Part shown: positions 56,128 to 64,000 of the stretch, piece by piece | Layout of the letters: every line of letters starts with the position of its first letter | Position numbering within the stretch: position 1 is the stretch's first letter | Assembly: GCA_964202905.1 (NCBI GenBank) | Contig: CAXNJO010000002.1 | Span: 608,001 to 672,000 of the forward strand | DNA from: Polyangiales bacterium | Lineage (GTDB): Bacteria; Myxococcota_A; Polyangia; Polyangiales; JADJQN01 | Direction of reading: 5' to 3' | Length of the DNA: 64,000 bases | Position numbers and translations under genes: made by a program | The notes under the pieces: generated by a model | Told to the model about the DNA's origin: nothing | Seen by the model: the letters and a program-made list of their open reading frames with translations, nothing else | The model's database searches: none

Positions 56128-56947
56128 CAAGAGCACGCTCGGGCGCGTGGTGCTGCGGCTCATCGAGCCGACGAGCGGCACCATCCGCTTCGATGGTCAG
56201 GACATCACGCACGTGCCGCAGCGCGCGCTCCGCCCGCTGCGCCGCTCGATGCAGATCATCTTCCAGGACCCGTACAGCTCGCTGAACCCGCGCATGACCG
56301 TGCGGCAGACGGTGGGCGAGGCGATGCGCATCCACGGGCTCGTCACTTCGGGCAAGGACGAAGAGGAGAAGGTCGCGCAGCTCCTCGTGCGCGTCGGCCT
56401 GCGCGCCGATCAGATGACGCGCTATCCGCACGAGTTCTCGGGCGGGCAGAGGCAGCGCATCGGCAGCGCGCGCGCGCTCGCCGTACAGCCCCGCTTCATC
56501 GTCGCTGACGAGCCGATCAGCGCGCTCGACGTCTCGATTCAGGCGCAGATCGTCAATCTGCTCAAAGACCTTCAAGAAGAACTCGGGCTCTCGTATCTGT
56601 TCATCGCCTGCGAGCTGAAGGTCGTCGAATACATGAGTCACCGCGTCGCGGTCATGTATCTCGGGCGCGTCGTCGAAATCGCGCCCTCCGCGCGGATCTA
56701 CGACGTCCCCAAACACCCGTATACGCCCGCGCTGCTCTCGGCGATTCCCGTCCCCGATCCGACGAAGAAGCGCGTGCGCATCCTGCTCGAGGGCGATGTG
56801 CCGAGCCCGCTCGACCCGCCGTCCGGCTGCACCTTCTACCCGCGCTGCCCGATCGTCGAGCGCGGCCTCTGCGACGTGAAACCCCCGCCGCTCCGCACCG
56901 TCGCCCCCGGCCACGAAATCGCGTGTCACAAGGCCGAAGAGGGGTGA
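56128..56947 (+). pseudogene. 5'-truncated OppF/DppF-type peptide ABC ATPase
   Basis: Begins mid Walker A (KSTLGR); [34 protein letters not shown] and C-terminal C..RC..C..CH; no start region or permease genes. Confidence 0.85.
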
Positions 56948-57142
56948 AGCGCGGCAGGCGCCGCGTGCCGTGTCGACACGAAGGGGGGGTCGCATGGCCC
57001 GAGTGCGTCAAGGGCAATCGCGTCCACGTCGCGCGTGAAACAGGTATTTCCCGTTTCCATGTGCGGATGGGGAATGCCTCGACGGGTGGCTGGCGAGGTT
57101 GGGAGAATGGGATTCTCCGCCACCCGATGATTGCCCCCGAAT

Positions 57143-58708
57143 TCAGCGCGCAGCCGCGCTCGGGGAGAATGGCGGAGACATCGCGACACCGAACCACGGG
57201 ATGGGCGGGCGGTCCTGCGGCGGGATGCGGCGCAGGAGCGGCTGTGTGCTGACGATGGCGCGGAGCGGCCCGAGCCGAGACCAGGGGCCTTCGAAACAGG
57301 CCAGCGAGTTGGCCGCGTTCGTCCAGAACCCACTTCGTTCTTCGCCAGGCACGGTCCAGCCGGTCGGCGTGTCAGGCGCGTCGGCGACGACGCAGACGAG
57401 CCGTCCGCGCGCGTCGACGAGGTAGACCGAGAACGTGTCGAGCGGCATCGGTGCCTCGCCCCGGCGCAATGCGACTTCGAGGACGCCCGACGCGCTCACG
57501 GAGGCCTCCACGGTGACCGAGTGCGTCGGCACGAAGCGGCCGCGTGTCGTGTAGAGGCCGTCGTCGGCGAGCGTCACCGGCTCACCCACGAGCTCGGCGA
57601 TCGCCAACGTGATCACATCGACCGCGCCCGCGCGCGCGAAGGCCGCGTGCAGTGACGTGTCGAGCGCGCGGAACGGCAGTGGCTCACCGCTCTCTCCGAG
57701 CGGCAGCGCCAGCGTGGTCTCGTCGCGGGTGAGCGCGTCGAGCAGCGCCACGGCGCCGCGCCCCGCCCGTCGAGCGAGCGTGAGCGGCGCGCCGGTCTGC
57801 ACGACGTGCTGCGCGCCAAGGCCGCCCTCGAGGACGAGATCGGGGCGGAGCGTCGCGCCGCTGCGAAGGTCGAACTCACGGAGCACCGTCCGGACGTTGG
57901 AGCCCGTGAGGACCACGAGGCGTTCGTCGCTCACCTCGGCGCGGAGGAGGCCATCCTCGCGATCGCTCTCGCGGGAGGGTGCGCGCCAGAGCGACGCACC
58001 CGTGGTGCCCGCGTGGAGGGCGAGGGCGCCGTCCTCGCTCGATTGCACGAGGATGCCGGCGTCGGTGGCGAGCGCGACGCCGCCCTGATGCTGCGCACGG
58101 ACGGACCAGCGCCGCGCGCATGTCGCAGGGTCGTGGACGTCATGGCGGGTCACGCCGTCCGTCGCGCTCTCGCCCTCGTGGACGGTGATGACCAGGGCGT
58201 CGCCGGCGAGCGCGACGTTCGCCGCCCTGCCGCCGGCCACGGGGATCGTGCAGCGCTGGGTGCCCGTGGCGAGATCCGCAACGAATACGGACTCGCCGTA
58301 AGGTCCGCCCCCGTCCGATGTCTGCCCGGCGACCCACGCCACCCGCCCTGCCGCGCTCGTGGGGCAGTGGCGGTCGGCGGGCGCCTCCCAGAGCACGGCG
58401 CCATCGCTGCGTCGTCGGACCGAGAGCGGAACCGCGAGCCCATCCCAGGGATCGACGCCGCCGGGCAGGAGGACGACGCCGCCCTCGACGTGCGGGGCGC
58501 AGAGATCGTCGGCGCGTGCGGCCGTCCATGAGGACTCGACGCCGCGGACGAACATCGCCTCCACCGCCGACGGGGCGTTCGCCACGGCTGCGGAGTGCAC
58601 GGCCGCGCGGGGCGGCCCGCCGCATGCGCTCAGCACGAGGGCGACGAGCGCGATGCGCGCGCTCGGGGCTGGCGCGTGGCAAGGCCGAAGGGTGCGGGCA
58701 GCGTGCAT
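57143..58708 (-). CDS. PQQ-like beta-propeller repeat lipoprotein
   Basis: Lipobox LSAC; repeated A.D..TG...W motifs (DLATGTQR, AGTTGASLW, DLRSG). Confidence 0.7.
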   Translation of the reverse strand: MHAARTLRPCHAPAPSARIALVALVLSACGGPPRAAVHSAAVANAPSAVEAMFVRGVESSWTAARADDLCAPHVEGGVVLLPGGVDPWDGLAVPLSVRRRSDGAVLWEAPADRHCPTSAAGRVAWVAGQTSDGGGPYGESVFVADLATGTQRCTIPVAGGRAANVALAGDALVITVHEGESATDGVTRHDVHDPATCARRWSVRAQHQGGVALATDAGILVQSSEDGALALHAGTTGASLWRAPSRESDREDGLLRAEVSDERLVVLTGSNVRTVLREFDLRSGATLRPDLVLEGGLGAQHVVQTGAPLTLARRAGRGAVALLDALTRDETTLALPLGESGEPLPFRALDTSLHAAFARAGAVDVITLAIAELVGEPVTLADDGLYTTRGRFVPTHSVTVEASVSASGVLEVALRRGEAPMPLDTFSVYLVDARGRLVCVVADAPDTPTGWTVPGEERSGFWTNAANSLACFEGPWSRLGPLRAIVSTQPLLRRIPPQDRPPIPWFGVAMSPPFSPSAAAR

Positions 58709-58788
58709 GGCGTCGGCTCCTCGAGAGAGCGCCCGTATAGCTCCCCGCCATTGCGGCGCCATGGGAAGCGTCGTGCGTGGGTGCGCGC

Positions 58789-59322
58789 ATGGTCGAGCTC
58801 GGCAACGAGGAGCGCGCGCGCCTGTACGAGCGGTTCGGGCGCTCGTACGCCGGCGCGTCGGACATTCGAACCCCTGATCTGCGCCCGCTCCATGCACGGA
58901 GGAACGCTACGCGGCTCAGTTGCCCCCCACCGGAGCCCGCGCCCGTTTGCCCGCCGGCGCCGATCTGCCCGCCCGAGCGACCGACCGCACCCGTCTTTCG
59001 CGAATGCGACCACCTTCAGCATTGCGTCGAGACGATCCGCCACGGACACCCCGTCGGCGAAGGCTGACCCATGCCGCTCGACGACAACTACGCCCGCTGC
59101 GGTATCGCCACCGCACGCGTCGAAACGCCTGTCGAATGCGCCAACCTCGGAAGCTGCATCTTGTCCGTCCGCGGCGGCCTCAAGCCCGGACTCGGTTGCC
59201 CACACGAAGGCTCCGCCCTCTACGAAGAGTGCGGCCGCTGGCAGCCGCCTCGACCTCGCGCCGCACGACGCGGGAGACGAGCGGCGTCGCGCCAGACGAC
59301 TCCGCCTACGGACGCGCGCTAG
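58789..59322 (+). pseudogene. Cys-rich two-repeat protein interrupted by an in-frame TGA (59065-59067)
   Basis: ORFs 58777..59067 and 59071..59322 share a frame; two 34 aa repeats align without gaps. Confidence 0.5.
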
Positions 59323-59369
59323 AGCCTCAACCGTTCAAGCCCGTAGTCTTCGCGCCGCGGGCTTTCGGC

Positions 59370-59490
59370 ATTCGTGCCGCGCCGGCACCTCGGGGAGCAC
59401 GTCGTCGAACAGGTGCGCGGCCAGTGCGCGCGCAACACGCGATGCAGCACAGTGTCCTCCGGACGCCGCCGCGCATAGCCGTCCGCACGA
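59370..59490 (-). mobile_element. Internally deleted IS91-family transposase remnant
   Basis: YARRRPEDTVLHRVLRAHW fused out of frame to AAHLFDDVLPEVP; both resemble recalled IS91-type transposase N-terminal segments. Confidence 0.6.
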
Positions 59491-59582
59491 GGTGCGTGAG
59501 CAAGAGCAGAACAAGCAGCGGCAACGGCAGACACCGCCGCTCATCGGCGCATCATCTGGCGCAGTGCTCAGCGTGCTCGGCG

Positions 59583-59994
59583 GCGTCAGTCGCTCGCGGC
59601 GCGCGAGGGCGAGCTCGGACGGGTGCGCGCGGACGAAGAGCGCCTCACGCGCGAGCTCGCGGAAGCGCGCAGCGACGCGGCGAGTGCGGCCGCGCAGATC
59701 GCCGCCGCCGACGCGCGCCGCGCCGACGCCGAGCGCGACGTGAGCGAGCTGCGCCGCGAGCTCGAGCGGCTGCGCAACGCCGAGCCTGCGCCCGCGCCCG
59801 CGGGGCCCTGAGCCGCGCGGCGCGCTCGCTCGCGCGTCAATAGCCCCGATACGCGGGCCCGGCTTCCTTGCGGAGCGACATCACCGAAATCAGCTCCGCG
59901 CGGTCCTGCGCGAGGTAGTGACGCGGAATCATCTGTTGGTGCAGCAACTTGCCGAGCCGCGTGAGGGAGAAGGTGCCGAGCACGGGATTCGACG
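59583..59994. repeat. Direct repeat, copy 2 (412 bp)
   Basis: Copy of 55644-56093 lacking one 42 bp coiled-coil unit, with a 6 bp PA duplication and net 2 bp shorter in the convergent ORF. Confidence 0.92.
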
Positions 59995-60015
59995 TGCCGG
60001 CAAAAGACAAACGCG

Positions 60016-60459
60016 CTAACGGCGGCCCCACCACCACGATGCGTGCACGACCGCCTGATGGCGCGGCTCGGGGAGAAAGTCGACCGTGCCGATGGCGCCC
60101 AAACCGAAGCTCCCGGACGACGTTTCGAGGAGCGGCAAGTCGACGCCCATCGCGAACTGCACGACGAAGGTATCGGCGAATGTCGTCGGGCGATCTTCGT
60201 ACGACGAGCAGCCGGTGCGACGTGAACATGACGTCATACGCACTTCATCGAGACCTGAAAAACGCGCGTTGACCGCTCGGTAGCCGACGAGCGTCGAGAG
60301 ATGCAGGACGATCGGGCCGATCTCCACAGCAGCGCTCGGCCCCGCCGCGATCTGAGAGGCGAGTCGGCCTTCGGGCCCGGCTTCGACGAAGTTCGGTGCG
60401 ACCGCCCCATCGCGCTCAAACCAACCGACTCCAAACGAAAAACGCCCGGAGGCGCGCGC
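60016..60459 (-). pseudogene. 5'-truncated beta-strand-rich (outer-membrane barrel-like) protein
   Basis: Open frame ARASGRFSFGVGWFERD...VVHASWWWGRR* with no start region; alternating hydrophobic strands; lower GC. Confidence 0.4.
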
Positions 60460-60463
60460 CTAC

Positions 60464-61168
60464 GTGTCCGAGGCGCGCGCGGACGTGCTCGGCGTGCAGG
60501 GCGAGCTCGTCGACGCGCAGGTCGAGCTCGGCGCCGCGCTCGGCAGCGCGGACGTCGAGCGGCTCGCGACGAGCGGCGCGCTCCCGGTGCCGTCACTCCC
60601 CGCTGCAGAGGAGATCGAGCGCGCGCTGCGGGACGTCGCGGGCGTGCCGGAGATCGTCGCCGCGCGGCTGCGGGTCACGGCGAGCCGTGCGCGCGAGGCG
60701 GAGGTCGCGGCGGCCCGCGGGACGCGCTTCGACGCGGACGCGATCGTCTATCGCGAGTCGCCCGCGGGGCTGCTGCTCTTCGGGCAGGTCGGCGTGTCGA
60801 TGCCGCTCGCGGACCTCGCGGCGCGCGAGCGGGCGCTGGTGCGCGAGGAGACGGAGCTGCGCGAGGGTCAGGCGGAAGAGGCGGCCCTCGCCTGGCAGCG
60901 CGAAGCGCACCGCGTCGCGCACGAGGTCGAGCACACGGCGGCCGTCGCCGGGAGCTTTCGGCAGGAGCGCGTGCCGGCGCTCGAGGCGCTGCTTACCGCG
61001 CGGGAACGGCAGCTCGTGACGGGGGAGTCGACGGTGCTCCCGGTGCTCGAGGCGACGCGGCGCCTCGTCGAGGCGCGGGCCGCGCTGACGCGGGCCGACA
61101 CCGAGCACGCCTGGGCCGCGGTGCGCGCGTGGCTGTTGCTCGCGCTGAGGGAGTCGCATGCGGAGTGA
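60464..61168 (+). pseudogene. 5'-truncated TolC/CzcC-type outer membrane factor
   Basis: Only the C-terminal 234 aa (QVGVSMPL, GESTVLPVLEATR); no signal peptide; upstream of MFP and RND genes. Confidence 0.7.
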
Positions 61169-62246
61169 GCGTCGTGGTGCCGCGCGGTGCTGCGCAGGCC
61201 TATGTTTGGTGATCTTTTCACTGATCGGCTGCGGCAGCCCCACGGCGCCCGGCGCGGCGCAAGCCGAGGCGGCCGAGCGCGACACCCGCGAGCCGCGCTG
61301 GTCGGTCGTGTCCGCGCCCTCCGACCTCGCGCTCCTCGAGGCGCCCGCGCGGGTCGTTCCGGCGCCGGGCTCCGAGGCCCACGTCGCGCCCTCCCACGCG
61401 GCGCGCGTGCTGCGCGTGCACGTGCGCGCGGGGGACCGCGTCGAGGCGGGCGCGCCCATCGCCGACGTCGTCTGTCGAGTGCTCGAGGCCGCGGCGCGCT
61501 GGGCGTCGGTCGCGCCGCGTCGCAGCCTGCGCGCGCAGCGCCGCACCGAGCTCGAGGCGCTGCAGCAGGAGGGCCTCGTCGATCGCGCGCGCGTGCTCGA
61601 GCAGGACACCGAGCTCGCTTCGCTCGACGCGGAGCAGGCGCAGGCGCTCGCGACGCTGCGCGCGGCCTCGCTCTCGACCGCGGATGGCGCGCGGGTGCTG
61701 CGTCAGGGCCAAGTGACGCTCGCGGCGCCGATCGCGGGCACGGTGCGCGAGGTCTCGGCGAAGATCGGCGAGGTGCGTGAGCCGCAGGGCGAGCCGCTCG
61801 CGACGGTCGTGGCGCTCGCGCCGGCACGCGTCGAGGCCCGGCTCGCGCAGCCGCTGCCGGACGGCGCGGCGCTCGCCTTCGTGGGGCTCGACGGCTCGCA
61901 GACGGCGCTCGATGCGCGCGCGCTCACCGACACCATCGACCCGCACGACGGCCTGCGCGTGGTGTGGCTCGCCGCGGCGGAGGGCGCGGCGCCGCTCGTC
62001 GGCGGGCTGCACGGGCGCGTGCGGGCGACCGTGGCCGGCGCGGGCGTCGTCGAGGTCGACGCGCAGGCGCTCGCGCTCGAGGGCGGGCGCGTCTTCGTCG
62101 AGAAGCGCAGTCGCGAAGGCGCCCCGGAGCGCGTCGAGGTCGCCGTGCTGACGTCGTCGGCGACGCGCGCCATCGTGCGCGGGCCGCTCGCGCAGGGGGA
62201 TCGCGTCTCGCTCGATCCGGCGCGCGTGATGGGGGAAGAGGAGTGA
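61158..62246 (+). CDS. RND efflux membrane fusion protein (CzcB/CusB-like)
   Basis: Lipobox LIGC, lipoyl half motifs (VRAGDRVEAG, LAAPIAGTV), helical hairpin and GPLAQGDRV. Confidence 0.85.
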   Translation: MRSERRGAARCCAGLCLVIFSLIGCGSPTAPGAAQAEAAERDTREPRWSVVSAPSDLALLEAPARVVPAPGSEAHVAPSHAARVLRVHVRAGDRVEAGAPIADVVCRVLEAAARWASVAPRRSLRAQRRTELEALQQEGLVDRARVLEQDTELASLDAEQAQALATLRAASLSTADGARVLRQGQVTLAAPIAGTVREVSAKIGEVREPQGEPLATVVALAPARVEARLAQPLPDGAALAFVGLDGSQTALDARALTDTIDPHDGLRVVWLAAAEGAAPLVGGLHGRVRATVAGAGVVEVDAQALALEGGRVFVEKRSREGAPERVEVAVLTSSATRAIVRGPLAQGDRVSLDPARVMGEEE

Positions 62247-64000
62247 TCGAGCGCCTCGCGCGGGCCTCGGTCGAGCATCGCGTCGCCGTGCTCGTCACGA
62301 CGCTCGTACTCGCCGTCGCTGCGGCCATCGTGGGTCGCGCGCTGCGCTTCGACGCGCTCCCCGACGTCACGGGCGCGCAGGTCGTCGTGCTCACGCGCGC
62401 GCCGGGCCTCACGCCCGAGGAGGTCGAGCAGCGCGTCACGCGGCCGGTCGAGGTCGGGCTCGGTGGCCTGCCGGGCGCGACCTCGCAGCGCAGCCTCTCG
62501 CGCTACGGCATCTCGGCCGTGACGGTGGTGTTCGAGCGCGACACGGATCTCGTGCGCGCGCGGCAGCTCGTCGGCGAGCGGCTCGCGACCGTCGGCGAGC
62601 AGCTCCCGCCCGGCGTCGACGCGCCGGAGCTCGGCCCGATGAGCGGCGGTCTCGGCGAGATCTTCCAGTTCGTCGTCGCCTCGCCCACGCGCCCGCCCAC
62701 CGAGCTGCTCGAGCTCGTCGAGCAGCGCCTCACCCCGGCTGCGCGCGGTCGGCGGCGTCGTCGAGGTCAACCCGTGGGGTGGCGCGCGGCGCACGCTCGA
62801 CGTGGTCGGCGACCCGCACGCGATGGCCCGCCGCGGCGTCACCCTCGCCGCGCTCGCCACCGCGACCGAGCGCGCCGTCGGGACCGCGCCGGGCGCGAGC
62901 CTCCCCGCCGGGCCGAGCCACGTGCTGCTCCGCGGCCGCGCGCAGCCCGTCCGCCCCGCCGAGCTCGGCGCCGCGCTCGTGCGTGGTCGCGACGGCGCGT
63001 GGCTGCGCCTGTCGGAGGTCGCGCGCGTCGAGGAGGGCGCCCTGCCGCGCATCGGCGCGGGCACCTCGAACGCGCGCGGCGAGGTCGTCTACGTGATGTG
63101 CCAGATGCTCACCGGCGCGAACGCGCTCGAGGTGATGGAGGGCATCCACGCCGCGCTCCCCGCGGTGCGTCGCCTGCTCCCCGCGGACGTCACGCTCGAC
63201 GCCACCTACGACCGCAGCGACCTCGTCCACGCGACGCTGCGCACCGTGGGCATGAGCCTGCTCGAGGGCGGCGTCCTCGTGGCGCTCGTGCTCTTCGCGA
63301 TGCTCGGCAGCGTCCGCGCGGGCAGCCTCGTCGCGAGCGTCATCCCGCTCTCGATGCTCGGCGCGGTCGTGTGGATGGTCGCGTTCGACGTGCCCGGCAA
63401 CCTGATGAGCCTCGGCGCGCTCGACTTCGGCCTGCTCGTCGATGGCGCGGTCGTCGTCGTCGAGACGACCTTCCACGCGCTCGCGCACCGCCGCGCGCAC
63501 GGCGAGCGGCCGGGTCCGGCGGACGTGCGCGACATCCTCGCGCGCACCACGGCGCAGGTCGCGCGGCCCGTGTTCTACGCGGTCGCGATCATCGGGCTCG
63601 TGTACGTGCCCGTCGTCACGCTCGGCGGCGTCGAGGGCGTGATGTTCCGCCCGATGGCGCTCACCGTGCTCTTCGCGCTGTCGACGGCGCTGCTCCTCAG
63701 CCTCACTTTCGTGCCCGCGGCGCTCGCCGTCTTCGTGCGCTTCGAGGACGTGCCCGAGCGCGATCCGCTCCCCGTGCGCCTCTCCGACGCGCTCTACCTC
63801 CGCGTCCTGCCGCGCACGCAGCGCCACCCGTGGGTGCTGATCGCGCTCGTGCTCGCGGGGCTCGCGGGCGGCGCGCTGCTCTACGTGCGCGCCGGCACCG
63901 AGTTCATCCCCACCCTCGATGAGGGTGATCTCGTCGTGCAAACGACCAGCCACGCCGACGTCTCGCTCGACGCCCAGATCGCGCGCGCCGAGGGCATCGA
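62243..64000 (+). CDS. CusA/CzcA heavy-metal RND transporter, partial at window end, frameshift near 62737
   Basis: DALPDVT, APGLTPEEVE..VT.PVE and GLGEIFQF, then in the next frame NLMSLGALDFGLLVDGAVVVVE, EG.MFRPMA and EFIPTLDEG. Confidence 0.92.

Noticed and set aside
57025..57070. CGTGAAACA (parS half-site) and TATTTCCCG (Noc-box-like half-site) in an AT-richer gap
   Set aside because: Only half-sites, with no complete 16 bp palindrome and no parAB nearby

Overview
High-GC window from what looks like a myxobacterium (Polyangiales-like). The taxonomy is inferred from mglC/sgmX homologues, MYXO-CTERM and CFI-box-CTERM tails, and Cys-rich vWA lipoproteins. Positions 1-55.9 kb are mostly core and metabolic genes: pgeF, a PiT transporter, two SCP2 proteins, tRNA-Leu, mglC-aroQ-accB-accC-sgmX, a probable 6S RNA, tRNA-Gly, glgP, xth, acs, sahR-ahcY, boxC-boxB, an acyl-CoA dehydrogenase, argS, an M16 peptidase pair, gpmI, a fused LeuD/LeuC-type dehydratase, a second biotin carboxylase, an L,D-transpeptidase and an SDR. 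Positions 55.6-60.5 kb are a mosaic of gene fragments bracketed by ~430 bp imperfect direct repeats and containing an IS91-like remnant. A 5'-truncated czcCBA-type RND operon follows. The best candidate for an undescribed system is a translationally coupled three-gene unit at 28645-30904: a ~100 aa single-TM protein with the motif VLSVHFGRSANCSSIGS, a radical SAM/SPASM enzyme with an MftB/RRE-like N-terminus, and a dienelactone-hydrolase-family enzyme. Other notable items are a tRNA-Leu with an AAG anticodon, an ECF-sigma-like/Ser-Thr kinase fusion, a recurrent TGAA-N6-TTCA palindrome at gene boundaries, and an in-frame UGA that aligns with a Cys in a repeated domain. Several genes carry small frameshifts, so residual long-read errors are likely and any single-base observation needs read-level confirmation. 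All family assignments come from motif recognition by eye; no database searches were run.
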